A DNA stretch of 64,000 nucleotides from Candidatus Niyogibacteria bacterium (GCA_016432485.1 CP066691.1:281762-345761), one strand, 5' to 3'. Positions 17,731 to 27,287 are shown, numbered from the stretch's first letter. Notes: generated by a model not told the origin, from the letters alone. Numbers and translations: made by a program.

Positions 17731-18492
17731 TTAAGCCGCCAACCATCCGCCGTCGACATATAAAGTTGAGCCAGTTATATAACCGGCCTCATCGGAAGCC
17801 AAAAATACCACTGCCGCCGACACTTCTTCGGGCCTGCCCATTCTTTTTAACGGCACCCTTGAAAGCATCGCGTCCATTTCTTCTTTGGAGGTGTTTGCGG
17901 CATCAACCATTGGCGTATCAATAACACCAGGAGCAATAGCATTGACATTTATGCCGAGAGGCGCCAGTTCTATTGCCATCGTTTCGGTCATACCGATTAT
18001 CCCGCCTTTAGAAGCCGTATAATGGGCGCCGTATGAAAAACCTATCCCGACCCCGCCAGAAGCAATTGAAGCAATATTGATTATTCGACCCCATTTATTT
18101 TTAGCCATTTCTTTGGCCGCGCGCTGAGCACAAAGAAATTCTCCTTTCAAATTTATTGCCAGTGTCCTATCCCATTCTTTCTCAGTCATTTCAAGCGCGG
18201 ATTTGGGCAAAAATACGCCGGCATTATTTACCAAAATATCCAATCGGCCGTAAAATTTAATTACTTCGTCAAAAACTTTATTAACCTCATCGGCATTTGA
18301 TACGTCCATCCTCAAACAAACCGCCTCTCCTCCCCTTGCTTTAATCTCTTCAACCACCGGCAAACATTCTCCGGCATCAATATCGGTTACGATAACTTTC
18401 GCGCCCTGTTCGGCCAAAGCCAAAGCATGCGTCCGGCCCATACCGCGCCTGGCGCCCGTAACTAACGCGATTTTATTTTTAAGACCAAACAT
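17731..18492 (-). CDS. short-chain dehydrogenase/reductase (FabG-like)
   Basis: TGARRGMG cofactor motif, NNAG, and the YxxxK catalytic motif (YTASKGG). Confidence 0.85.
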   Translation of the reverse strand: MFGLKNKIALVTGARRGMGRTHALALAEQGAKVIVTDIDAGECLPVVEEIKARGGEAVCLRMDVSNADEVNKVFDEVIKFYGRLDILVNNAGVFLPKSALEMTEKEWDRTLAINLKGEFLCAQRAAKEMAKNKWGRIINIASIASGGVGIGFSYGAHYTASKGGIIGMTETMAIELAPLGINVNAIAPGVIDTPMVDAANTSKEEMDAMLSRVPLKRMGRPEEVSAAVVFLASDEAGYITGSTLYVDGGWLAA

Positions 18493-18501
18493 TAAATCGG
18501 A

Positions 18502-18726
18502 TTATTTTTTATCAATATGCTGCCAAAGCCAAACTATTACCAAGACGCCGACAATCAGAAAAATGGTTGAGTAGGCGAACATAAAAAATCCTCCCCACCC
18601 GTAACCCATCATGCTCCACGGCATCATATTCCAGCCGGAAACATCCGCGCCGTTGGCCAAAACGGCAAAAGGCGACAAAGCCGCAAGGGCTAAAATTATT
18701 TTTTTCATAAAATAAACATATTTCAA
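18502..18726 (-). CDS. small secreted/membrane protein
   Basis: Signal peptide plus one TM helix. Confidence 0.4.
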   Translation of the reverse strand: MKYVYFMKKIILALAALSPFAVLANGADVSGWNMMPWSMMGYGWGGFFMFAYSTIFLIVGVLVIVWLWQHIDKK

Positions 18727-18750
18727 CTAATAATGCCCGACTTTTTTATT

Positions 18751-20904
18751 TTATATCTTTTTTCGGCGCATTAAAATAGCGTTTATCGCGACTATCACCG
18801 TGGATAGCGACATTAGGATTGCGGCCGCCGCCGGCTGTAACAATACGCCCTTAAACGCCAAAACTCCCGCAGCCAGCGGAATTGCCGCAACATTATAGCC
18901 CGCCGCCCAAAAAAGATTTTGAATCATCTTATTATATGTGAGGCGCGAAAGTTTAATTATCTTTACGATATCCCTTGGGTCGTTTCGGACAAGAATTATG
19001 CCCGCGGATTCAATGGCCACATTCGTTCCCGCGCCTATGGCTATGCCCAAATCTGCTTGCGTTAAGGCCGGCGCATCGTTAATTCCGTCCCCCACCATCG
19101 CAACCTTCATCCCTTTTTCCTGCAAAATTTTTACTTTTTCCGATTTTTCGCCCGGCAAGACCCTCGCGAAATATTCATCTATTCCCAATTCGTTTGCCAC
19201 CCACTTTGCGACATTATCCGAATCACCGGTAATCATAGCGACCCTAACGCCTTCTTCCTTAAGCGCGCGCAATGCTTCTCTTGATTCCTCACGAATTAAA
19301 TCGGATAAAGCCAGAGCGCCCAAAATAGAACCGCGGTCAAGCGCGTAAATTATAGTTTTGCCTTTTTTGTTTTCTATCTCTATTTCGCCTCGCAATTTAT
19401 CAGTTAAAGGAGACTTTACTCCTTCCAAAATCGCTTGTCCGCCGACTAAAATTTCTTTGCCGTCTATTTGGCCGCTAACCCCCTTGCCGGCAATGCGCTT
19501 GAAATTTTTTATCTCAAAGAGCGATAGGTGTTTTTCCGCCGCCGCCCTTACAATGGCTTTGGATATAAAATGCTCCGAATGAGCATCAACCGAAGCCGCC
19601 AAACGCAAAAGTTCATTTTCATTCTCCGCGCCGACATTCCAAATGTCAGTCAGTCCGTATTCTCCTTTGGTCAATGTTCCGGTTTTATCAAAAAGCACCA
19701 CATCAATTTTTCGGGCCAGCTCAAGCGCGAGACGCTGTTTAATCAAAAATCCCCGGCGCGCGGCCATAGTCGTTGATATTGAAGCCACAAGAGGAACCGC
19801 CAAACCCAAAGCGTGCGGACAAGCAATGACCAAAACCGCAACCAGCCGCTCAACGGCAAAACCAAAACCGGCTTTAGCAACAAGCCAGAAAATAAAGGCC
19901 GAGGCACCGAAAGCAATCGCGATAATGGTCAGGAAATAAGCCGCGCGGTCGGAAAGAATCTGCAGTCGGGATTTTGACGCCTGGGCTTCGCGCACCAAAC
20001 GCATGATTCCGGCCAAAAAAGTATGTTCTCCAACCTTAGTTACTTTAATTTTCAAAGCGCCGTCGCCGTTTATGGTGCCGGCGATGACTTCTGACGATGC
20101 GGATTTTTTTACCGGGGCCGATTCTCCGGTAATCATTGATTCGTTGGCTTCCGATTCTCCTTCAACAACAACTCCGTCCGTGGGAATTCTTCCGCCCGGA
20201 CGCACAAAAACAATATCTCCTTCCTTTATTTCTTCTAGACGGACTTTTTTGGGCTCGCCGTTTTTAATCACCTCGGCTTCGTCGGGTATAAGTTTTGAGA
20301 GTTCTTTAAGCGCTCCTTGCGCGCCCGAAACCGCTCTCATTTCTATCCAATGGCCCAAAAGCATAACCGTAATCAGCGAGGAAAGCTCCCAGAAAAGGCC
20401 TTCTTCGGGGCGTCCGACCAAAACGACATAAATACTATAAATGTAAGCAGCGCCTATGGCGACGGCTATCAAGGTCATCATTCCCGGCAGACGCGCTTTT
20501 AATTCCCTCGCGGCGCTCGCCAAAAAAATCCACCCGCCGTAAAAAAATATGATTGAGCCCAAAACAGCAGGAATATAAGAAGAGCCGTAAAATGCGGGCG
20601 CCCGCCACTCAAAAAGCTGATTTAAAATATCGGAATAAATCACAACCGGAATAGAGAGAATCAAACTCACCCAAAATTTTTTCAAAAACGCCTCGGTTGA
20701 ATGCCCGGCGTGCTTATCATGCTCTTTATGGTCAGTATGCTTTTTATGACTCGTGGTAATTAAATTCATTCCGCATTCATGGCAAATTCCCGGCGATTCT
20801 TCCAAAATCTCCGGATGCATGGGGCAGGTGTAAAAACTCCCGCCTTTTTCGGCAGAATCAGAATCATTTTTATGTTCCTGATGACAATAATTATGATGGT
20901 TCAT
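18751..20904 (-). CDS. heavy-metal-translocating P1B-type ATPase (CopB-like, CPH motif) with an N-terminal His-rich/CPMHPE metal-binding region
   Basis: DKTGTLT phosphorylation site, GDGINDAPAL, TM6 CPH (IACPHALG), N-terminal YTCPMHPE...CHECGM and a His-rich stretch. Confidence 0.85.
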   Translation of the reverse strand: MNHHNYCHQEHKNDSDSAEKGGSFYTCPMHPEILEESPGICHECGMNLITTSHKKHTDHKEHDKHAGHSTEAFLKKFWVSLILSIPVVIYSDILNQLFEWRAPAFYGSSYIPAVLGSIIFFYGGWIFLASAARELKARLPGMMTLIAVAIGAAYIYSIYVVLVGRPEEGLFWELSSLITVMLLGHWIEMRAVSGAQGALKELSKLIPDEAEVIKNGEPKKVRLEEIKEGDIVFVRPGGRIPTDGVVVEGESEANESMITGESAPVKKSASSEVIAGTINGDGALKIKVTKVGEHTFLAGIMRLVREAQASKSRLQILSDRAAYFLTIIAIAFGASAFIFWLVAKAGFGFAVERLVAVLVIACPHALGLAVPLVASISTTMAARRGFLIKQRLALELARKIDVVLFDKTGTLTKGEYGLTDIWNVGAENENELLRLAASVDAHSEHFISKAIVRAAAEKHLSLFEIKNFKRIAGKGVSGQIDGKEILVGGQAILEGVKSPLTDKLRGEIEIENKKGKTIIYALDRGSILGALALSDLIREESREALRALKEEGVRVAMITGDSDNVAKWVANELGIDEYFARVLPGEKSEKVKILQEKGMKVAMVGDGINDAPALTQADLGIAIGAGTNVAIESAGIILVRNDPRDIVKIIKLSRLTYNKMIQNLFWAAGYNVAAIPLAAGVLAFKGVLLQPAAAAILMSLSTVIVAINAILMRRKKI

Positions 20905-21077
20905 ACCTTACTCTTTAAAGAAAAAATAAATGACTATCCATACAGTCAAAGTATAAGACTCCAAATAAGCCGGGCATACCGCACAGTCGAATTAGGTTAC
21001 GCGCCTTTCCAGCCGGACAAAAATTTATTTTTATTTAGTTCCATATGTTTTTGTTAAGTTATTAATTTTTCCGACCT

Positions 21078-21338
21078 TTATTTTTGTTTTAACTCGTCAA
21101 ACTTTTTCTTCAACTGTTCTTCGGTCGCGCCACCAAAAGCGAAGAACTCGTCATTTACAAGAATCCCGGGGCTTGAAAGGATATTATACTTTTTAACCAT
21201 TTCTTGACCTTCGGGCGTGGTCATATCAATTTCTTCAATGGTAAGTTCGGGGTAGTCAGCTCTCATATTTTCCAAAGTTACCTTAACCGCGGCGCAATGC
21301 TGACAGCCCGGAGGACGAATAAGAGTTACCTTTAACAT
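21078..21338 (-). CDS. glutaredoxin/thioredoxin-like small protein (CxxC)
   Basis: PGCQHC active site in a roughly 85-aa thioredoxin fold. Confidence 0.6.
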   Translation of the reverse strand: MLKVTLIRPPGCQHCAAVKVTLENMRADYPELTIEEIDMTTPEGQEMVKKYNILSSPGILVNDEFFAFGGATEEQLKKKFDELKQK

Positions 21339-21360
21339 AAATTTATAATTTCTAATTATT

Positions 21361-21549
21361 CTAATTTCTAGTCACGACCTTTTTAATTCTTTTTGAAATC
21401 ATAATTACCAAAGCAATAATTATAATTGCGATAATTGGCCCCCACCAATCCGCTTCGGCCAGATTCGTTATTTCCTCTTCCCCTTCATGGGCAAATATTT
21501 TAACCAAAGGCAGAAGCAACAATATGCTTATTGAAAAAAGTTTCTTCAT
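21361..21549 (-). CDS. small membrane protein
   Basis: Signal peptide plus TM; HEGEEE motif; 4-nt overlap with the upstream gene. Confidence 0.35.
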   Translation of the reverse strand: MKKLFSISILLLLPLVKIFAHEGEEEITNLAEADWWGPIIAIIIIALVIMISKRIKKVVTRN

Positions 21550-22520
21550 AAATTTTGATTAGCGGCGTCGGTTTTACGCAAGTGAACCGCGTCCCACAAA
21601 ATAATCGCGCCAATAATGCCCGCGAATACAACCCACGGGACAATTCCGCCAATTCCCTGCGGAAGATTCAGAGACGATTCAATAATCGCCGATTCCGCTA
21701 TTTTTGGAAACGCAACCTCCAAAAATCTGTTCCATCCCTGATGGATAATTGAATCCTCAAACCAGGCCATTCCAAAAAATCCATAATTAAATATAAACGC
21801 GCCTAACGCCACCAGGGCCCATGCGACCCATCGTTTTACTTTTTCCTGATAAAAACTTAATTTGTTCATTGCGTTAATTCCCAATACCGCAAGCACAACA
21901 AGGAATAAAAGCGGCACAATTCTTCCAAGTCCGTGAAGCGCGCCCAACGACGCGCCGACCGTCGGAATACCGAGAGTCGCGACATAACCAAAGAGAATAT
22001 AGAAAGCGGGATTCGGACATCCCACGCCGGCATTGCCGAGAAAGAATCCCAAAAAGAAACTGCGGATATAATCATTTTTGCCCTGTAAAGATCGCGGGAG
22101 AATTGTTTGTTTGAAAGGCAGTTTGAATTTAATCAGATTAAGTTCGGAAACGCCGAATACCAGCGCCGCGATTCCGCCCAAAAGCAACATCCATGTTATA
22201 ACTTTATACAAAGCGACAAAACCCCCGAGCCAGCCAAGAGCCATTCCGTAAAGAGTAAAAGTAAGGGTTAATCCCAAACCGAAAAGAAAGGCCATAGTAA
22301 GTCCTTTGCCGATTTTACGCGAAAGCGCTAACGGCACGATGATAAATACCAGCGGAAAGGTGCATGGCAAAAAAATCATTGAGATGCCGGCAAGAAAAGC
22401 AAGAGAATATCCCGGAATAAATTCCGGCGATGTCCATAAGCTAAAGAGTCCCACCAAAATTATTGAAAGCAGAATAAAAGCCGCGGCTGTTAGCCAGATT
22501 TTAATTATATTTACACCCAT
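21546..22520 (-). CDS. DsbD/CcdA-family thiol-disulfide transporter-like membrane protein
   Basis: Polytopic; two conserved Cys in TM segments (FLPCTFP and GVGCPNPAF), resembling the CcdA/DsbD transmembrane domain. Confidence 0.5.
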   Translation of the reverse strand: MGVNIIKIWLTAAAFILLSIILVGLFSLWTSPEFIPGYSLAFLAGISMIFLPCTFPLVFIIVPLALSRKIGKGLTMAFLFGLGLTLTFTLYGMALGWLGGFVALYKVITWMLLLGGIAALVFGVSELNLIKFKLPFKQTILPRSLQGKNDYIRSFFLGFFLGNAGVGCPNPAFYILFGYVATLGIPTVGASLGALHGLGRIVPLLFLVVLAVLGINAMNKLSFYQEKVKRWVAWALVALGAFIFNYGFFGMAWFEDSIIHQGWNRFLEVAFPKIAESAIIESSLNLPQGIGGIVPWVVFAGIIGAIILWDAVHLRKTDAANQNL

Positions 22521-22552
22521 AAATTTATCTTATTGTCCCTACTTATATTATA

Positions 22553-23347
22553 TCAGATGGCGCAACCGCCGGATTGCGGCTGGGAATCTACGGCGCAAGG
22601 AGAACCGGCATCCTGATTTAATTCGGGAAACCACATTGCGTTAACCTTTGCGGCAAAATCGTACATTTCTTTTTCACCCACTCCTTGTGAGGCCATCAAT
22701 TCCAAAAGCCCGAGCATGGCCATACCGTGATTGCAGTCGGGGAAATAGGTTGAATTACTGCAGCAAGGCCGATAAACATTTTTGCTGACGCGTTCAACTA
22801 ATTCCTGCTGTTCCTCGTTCAAAATCACGAATGGGTGCCTGGCATAATGCTCCATTGCGTGTCCTTTTGCCAGCGTCCACCCTCCGGTTGATGCGAATCG
22901 GGAAGCCTTGATCAAGACCTCTTCGGCCGAAGCGGGACTTTTGCCGTCATAAGTCGTCATCGGGCCATAAATTAAAATATCGTTTCTGTTGCCAAGACCC
23001 AAAGCCCATAAAAGATTTAGGATAACGCCCGAGTTTTCAGGAGTAATTTTAAGATCGCCGTTATTTTCGCCGTAAAGAAGCTGGCGCGTTTTTTCATCCA
23101 AACCGCCGCGACCCGCGTAAAGCGATTCAAATTTTTCGGCGTCAATCACGCCCACGCTTATCATTTTTACACCTAAATCGCCCCATTTAACCGGCAAGAC
23201 CGTTCCTTCCGAGAACCCTGGCGCAACCGCGGCAAGATTTTTATTTTTTTCAGCAGCCGGTTTTTGAGTATAAATCCATGCGCCTCCAAGAATAAGCGCT
23301 GAAACTACTATGGCAACCGGCAAATTAAAACTGTTTTTTATGTCCAT
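22553..23347 (-). CDS. membrane-anchored extracytoplasmic Cys-containing hypothetical protein
   Basis: N-terminal TM; CC and C..C motifs near the C-terminus; sits within the redox gene cluster. Confidence 0.4.
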   Translation of the reverse strand: MDIKNSFNLPVAIVVSALILGGAWIYTQKPAAEKNKNLAAVAPGFSEGTVLPVKWGDLGVKMISVGVIDAEKFESLYAGRGGLDEKTRQLLYGENNGDLKITPENSGVILNLLWALGLGNRNDILIYGPMTTYDGKSPASAEEVLIKASRFASTGGWTLAKGHAMEHYARHPFVILNEEQQELVERVSKNVYRPCCSNSTYFPDCNHGMAMLGLLELMASQGVGEKEMYDFAAKVNAMWFPELNQDAGSPCAVDSQPQSGGCAI

Positions 23348-23356
23348 AAATTATTT

Positions 23357-23722
23357 TTATTTTTTATTCTCTAATAAGCACCCGCTTGCCTCTGATAATT
23401 TTTCAAGACCCGTCTCACCTTCAAATCTGCGGCCGTCGGAAAGAATCCATGTCGGATAGCCGTTAATTTTTTCAGCTAAGCATTTGTCCGTTTCTTCGGT
23501 ACACTCCACATAATTCACGAGGCGAAATGAACCGGCGAAGGCCTTTTTCTCGTTTTGGCAATGCGGACACCAGTAGGCGCCGTACATAACGACGCCTCTA
23601 TCCGTAAGGCATTGCGCGAAATCGTCATATTTTCCCTCAACCGATTCTTTCGGCCAAAAAATAAATACAAATACTGCTGCTAAAATTACGGCTAATAAAA
23701 TAATCCAAATAATTTTTTTCAT
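23357..23722 (-). CDS. membrane-anchored thioredoxin-like protein
   Basis: N-terminal TM plus WCPHC active site. Confidence 0.7.
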   Translation of the reverse strand: MKKIIWIILLAVILAAVFVFIFWPKESVEGKYDDFAQCLTDRGVVMYGAYWCPHCQNEKKAFAGSFRLVNYVECTEETDKCLAEKINGYPTWILSDGRRFEGETGLEKLSEASGCLLENKK

Positions 23723-23746
23723 ACTATAGTTCGACTACGCTCACTA

Positions 23747-24304
23747 TTAACAGCAATTTTTTAACTCGTCTTCCAATTTTTCGGCTTTGGCCGAATGTTT
23801 TTTGAGATTCTCGCTTCCGCTATTTTTTCTGACAAAAAAGACGTAAACGAGCATCGTGAAAAAAACAATTTCAATGACAAATGTCGGCCAGCTCAAAGCG
23901 CCTATGGCGATGTGCGCCAAATAAAATCCGGCGACGATAACGGCAAACCTGAACCAGAAAGATTTTTCGCCTCGCCAGTTGAATTTTTTTTCCGCCTGAT
24001 ACGCAATGCCCGCAACCGTCCCGCCCATCAGAAGCGTTATTACCGGCAAATATAAATCTACCGGCGCAAAGTCGGCCAAAACCGCGAGCGTCATCAAAAT
24101 CCACGCCCCCGAAACGCCGGCGCAAAGAGCGCAAACAGAAAAAGGCAAAAATTTATTCGCGACCTTGACGCCCAAAGTTATTGCCACAAATAAAATCAAA
24201 GCAATGATTATATCCATAATTAAAGAAGAAATATTAAAGCGCCCAAAACGACCATGGCTATTCCGCCCCAAAGCCGCATATTTTTTCGTTCTTCGGCCTG
24301 CCAA
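23747..24304 (-). CDS. polytopic membrane protein with a CxxC motif, possible disulfide-bond-formation (DsbB/VKOR-like) function
   Basis: Four to five TM helices; CALC in the first TM region; C-terminal CC; adjacent to a thioredoxin-like gene. Assignment is tentative. Confidence 0.35.
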   Translation of the reverse strand: MAGRRTKKYAALGRNSHGRFGRFNISSLIMDIIIALILFVAITLGVKVANKFLPFSVCALCAGVSGAWILMTLAVLADFAPVDLYLPVITLLMGGTVAGIAYQAEKKFNWRGEKSFWFRFAVIVAGFYLAHIAIGALSWPTFVIEIVFFTMLVYVFFVRKNSGSENLKKHSAKAEKLEDELKNCC

Positions 24305-25002
24305 GCCCGAACTTTTTTAAGCAATTTCTCCTCGCTCGCGATTAAAAGAATTATCGCGAGCGGCAAAACAAATATCAGATTGTACATCAGAAGATACCCA
24401 AAACCTCTCAAATAAGTCGCGCTGTCGTGCAAAAGCCCCAAAACCATGAGATACGGACCGCCGGTGCAGGGAAACTCGCAAAGCCCGACTAAGACCCCCA
24501 AGAAAAACGCCGTCGGCATAGAGGCCTTCTCCATAAGTTGCGCCATTTTGTGATGAGCCGCGTGCGGAACTCGAAGTTTTATGGGAAATGTCGGGAAAAA
24601 TTCATTGATGACGTTAATCGCGCCAAAGGCAATGAGAAGCGACGCTCCAACTTTAGCCATAAAATGCGGGGTGTTGAATAAATGCAGGGCTTGCAAAATC
24701 CCAAGGCCGATTAAAACATAAATTACGAACACACCCAGAATGTAGAAACCGCCTATGCGCAAAATCCCCGATCGCATTTGCCCCAGACCAAAAAGAAAAG
24801 CGACGGTCAGTAAAAGAATTGAGAAAGCGCAGGGATTGATTGAATCAATCAAAGCCGCGATGCCGACCAAAGGCAGAATCCAGCGGCCGCCATCGGACCA
24901 ATTCCACAAAATTTCCGTTCCCGCGCCACCAAATCTGAAAAAAATGACCACGGCCGCAAGTAAAACCGCGAAAACAACCAAAAAAACGAATCTGGAATTC
25001 AT
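24220..25002 (-). CDS. ccdA: CcdA-like cytochrome-c-biogenesis/DsbD transmembrane-domain thiol-disulfide transporter
   Basis: Six TM helices; conserved INPCAFS and EFPCTGGP Cys motifs; about 260 aa. Confidence 0.65.
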   Translation of the reverse strand: MNSRFVFLVVFAVLLAAVVIFFRFGGAGTEILWNWSDGGRWILPLVGIAALIDSINPCAFSILLLTVAFLFGLGQMRSGILRIGGFYILGVFVIYVLIGLGILQALHLFNTPHFMAKVGASLLIAFGAINVINEFFPTFPIKLRVPHAAHHKMAQLMEKASMPTAFFLGVLVGLCEFPCTGGPYLMVLGLLHDSATYLRGFGYLLMYNLIFVLPLAIILLIASEEKLLKKVRAWQAEERKNMRLWGGIAMVVLGALIFLL

Positions 25003-25007
25003 AGTCC

Positions 25008-25496
25008 TTACGGGGTTACCGTTGCTTTAATCATAAATTCGGCAACCGGACCCGAATCATCCTCAATTATGACTTCCCTTTCAATGTAACCGATACCGGT
25101 CGGGCCGTGCGCCGCCGGATCAAATTCAACCAGAATTTCGGCTTCCTCGTTTGGTGCCAATGTTTGACCAGCTCTCGGCACAAACCCATGCCCGGGCATG
25201 CCGTAAGGCCCGTATTTCTTTCCACCTTGAATTAAAGTGGCTTCGGTACACATGCAGGAAGTGTAGATTTTTTCCATCTTAAGCGGATCGGTTCCCGAGT
25301 TGGTAATCTTGAATTTGTGATTTACCTTGCCTTTTGCCATTGAAATTGAGCCGAAATCATAGAGTTCCTCATCAAGTTTCAGAAATCCGGCCGAGGCCGA
25401 AAGCGAGGCACTTTTTTGCGGCTGTATGTATTTTAGTCCCCATAATCCCCCGACAACCAAAATTGCTACAGTTAAAGTTAAAATAATTTTTCGCAT
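25008..25496 (-). CDS. DUF1573-domain secreted protein
   Basis: Signal/TM anchor; FDFGSISMAKGKVNHKFKITNSGTDPL...SCMCT pattern typical of DUF1573. Confidence 0.6.
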   Translation of the reverse strand: MRKIILTLTVAILVVGGLWGLKYIQPQKSASLSASAGFLKLDEELYDFGSISMAKGKVNHKFKITNSGTDPLKMEKIYTSCMCTEATLIQGGKKYGPYGMPGHGFVPRAGQTLAPNEEAEILVEFDPAAHGPTGIGYIEREVIIEDDSGPVAEFMIKATVTP

Positions 25497-25584
25497 ATTT
25501 TAAGCAATAAAAAATAAAAACCCCTTATAGAGGTTTTGCGCCGCGATATAAATATGCCCGACCGGCAAATTTAAAATCGCGGTT

Positions 25585-26049
25585 TCAGTTAAAAGACGGG
25601 CTGTTTTCGTGTAGCGAAAGCCAGCGTAAATATTTTTCAGGAAAACGAACCGCGGCCGCGAACCAACGGCTCAAAACCGAAAAAGAAAAATCTTTGTTAA
25701 CGTAAATATCCGCGGCCGAAGCTGTCAGATAAATAGCAACCGTAAACAAAACGGCAAGTACGGCAAAATTAAAAGCCGCGGAAAAAACGGCTAAAGAAAA
25801 ACTCTTAAAGGCGTTGGAGTAAAAAGAAACTGCCCCGCTTATGCCTGGAGGACAGGCCGAACGGTTGACCGCGGCAGCTAAACATCCGCCGCGCATTTCG
25901 GCATTATGACCCATGGCCAAAAACCCAAAAATCGCGATTGCGATGAAACCAAAAAGTATGAAATTAACCAAAAACTTGTTCACTATTGCATTATAGTCCT
26001 CGTCCAAATCAAGGTCAACAAACCCCTCAACTTCGTTCAGGGCAAACAA
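25585..26049 (-). CDS. hypothetical membrane protein
   Basis: Two to three TM helices. Confidence 0.4.
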   Translation of the reverse strand: MFALNEVEGFVDLDLDEDYNAIVNKFLVNFILFGFIAIAIFGFLAMGHNAEMRGGCLAAAVNRSACPPGISGAVSFYSNAFKSFSLAVFSAAFNFAVLAVLFTVAIYLTASAADIYVNKDFSFSVLSRWFAAAVRFPEKYLRWLSLHENSPSFN

Positions 26050-26080
26050 AAAACGCGCTGTCGGGCGCGTTGTTTCAACC

Positions 26081-26503
26081 TTAATCAGTGCCGAGATTCA
26101 CAATCATCTTACGTTCAAGGGTTTCACCGGCTATTATTTGAATCCCGCCTGTGTGTCTTAAGTTGTTAAAATTTACGTAGGGCTTGCCGTTGTATTCTAC
26201 AAAAATACTATACTCCGCCGCTTCAAGCTCTATACTAAATTCTCCGTTTTCATCCGTATCTACCACAACGACTGGCTCTTGAGATCCGAGATACAGATCG
26301 CCGGGCGGCCATCCGTCTTTTCCATATTTATAGTCAAGAATTTCTTTGCAAGACGCTTCCCATGCGCCAATACATTCTTTGCAGAAAATTGGCGGGCTGT
26401 AAATAAAAATCCTTGTTTTAAATGGCACAACTTTTCCTCTAGGCATTGGTGGCATAAAATCGCCCGTCCGTTTAAAAGCCTGGCCTTTCAGCAGCCCCCT
26501 CAT
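26081..26503 (-). CDS. hypothetical protein with a carboxypeptidase-regulatory-like beta-sandwich
   Basis: VVVDTDENGEFSIEL...IFV pattern. Confidence 0.35.
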   Translation of the reverse strand: MRGLLKGQAFKRTGDFMPPMPRGKVVPFKTRIFIYSPPIFCKECIGAWEASCKEILDYKYGKDGWPPGDLYLGSQEPVVVVDTDENGEFSIELEAAEYSIFVEYNGKPYVNFNNLRHTGGIQIIAGETLERKMIVNLGTD

Positions 26504-26631
26504 TCCTAAAACCTCCTCTCAAAAAACACCCGACCCCATCTTTGCATATTCAGTAAAAAATCGCAACCTAACCAATTTTTAATTGGCTTTTAATCAAATC
26601 AAAAACCGGCCAAACAATCACAAGTCACACA

Positions 26632-26661
26632 ATTCAGACGGCCGTCCGAATTATATGACTT
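26632..26661. repeat. 30-bp direct repeat, copy A, containing an 18-bp imperfect palindrome
   Basis: attcagacggccgtcCgaattatatgactt; matches 27253-27282 with one mismatch. The reverse complement contains TATAAT directly abutting the palindrome. Confidence 0.85.
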
Positions 26662-26682
26662 ACTATATTTGCCATATTTGTG

Positions 26683-27210
26683 TTACACAACTTCTTCTAT
26701 AAGAAACAATTTAATATATGGGATAACGCGGTAGGATCGTATAATTTCTTCAGTTTCTTTGTAAACATCGTAGGGGCACACCCACGCACTTTGCTGGAGT
26801 TTTTGATAACCCAGATTTATCAACGCCTCTCTCAATAATCCCCTCGTCCGCCTTTGCTTCTCCGGAATATCAAAAATGATCATTACCCATCTCCCGTCTT
26901 TTCGTCTTTTCTTTTGCTTTGATTTCCACCTTGCCAAAAGCACCCTTTTGGCGCCTTTGGGCGTAAGAATAATCCCCCTTGTGCCCTCAAGAGCTTTCAC
27001 CTTTATATATCCTCTTTCTCCTAAATTCTTAATAAACTGACTGAATTTGGTTCTGGCTTTCAATATTTGATACTCGCGTCTCAAGCGATGCTCTTCGGGG
27101 TAAACAACTTGATGCATCGTGTGCGGTGCTAAGACATCATATGCTTTATCCATTTTCTCAATAAATAGATAGAGTTTCCATAAAAACGCATCGGTAATTG
27201 GTAATTTCAC
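26683..27210 (-). CDS. winged-helix plus Cas2-like-fold (PaaX_C-like) putative transcriptional regulator
   Basis: C-terminal WVMIIFDIPEKQRRTRGLLREALINLGYQKLQQSAWVC matches the Cas2 core pattern (YDI..KRR.K...L..YG.R.Q.SVFEC). The N-terminal half is wHTH-like. Bracketed by 30-bp direct repeats. Confidence 0.5.
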   Translation of the reverse strand: MKLPITDAFLWKLYLFIEKMDKAYDVLAPHTMHQVVYPEEHRLRREYQILKARTKFSQFIKNLGERGYIKVKALEGTRGIILTPKGAKRVLLARWKSKQKKRRKDGRWVMIIFDIPEKQRRTRGLLREALINLGYQKLQQSAWVCPYDVYKETEEIIRSYRVIPYIKLFLIEEVV

Positions 27211-27252
27211 GATGTTTTAATTATACATCAATTTAAAACACAAGGTAATATG

Positions 27253-27282
27253 ATTCAGACGGCCGTCTGAATTATATGACTT
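27253..27282. repeat. 30-bp direct repeat, copy B, with a perfect 20-bp palindrome ATTCAGACGGCCGTCTGAAT
   Basis: Directly seen; lies in the promoter region of 26683-27210. Confidence 0.85.
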
Positions 27283-27287
27283 GGGTT

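Noticed and set aside
23747-24304. Confident call of VKOR for the CxxC membrane protein
   Set aside because: It has only one CxxC plus a terminal CC, and lacks the loop Cys pair and spacing expected of VKOR or DsbB. Kept as a tentative disulfide-related membrane protein.
26632-27284. Possible CRISPR array, based on two 30-bp direct repeats
   Set aside because: Only two copies exist, they are separated by about 590 bp that contains a full protein-coding gene, and no further repeats or cas1 are present. Operator and promoter elements fit better.
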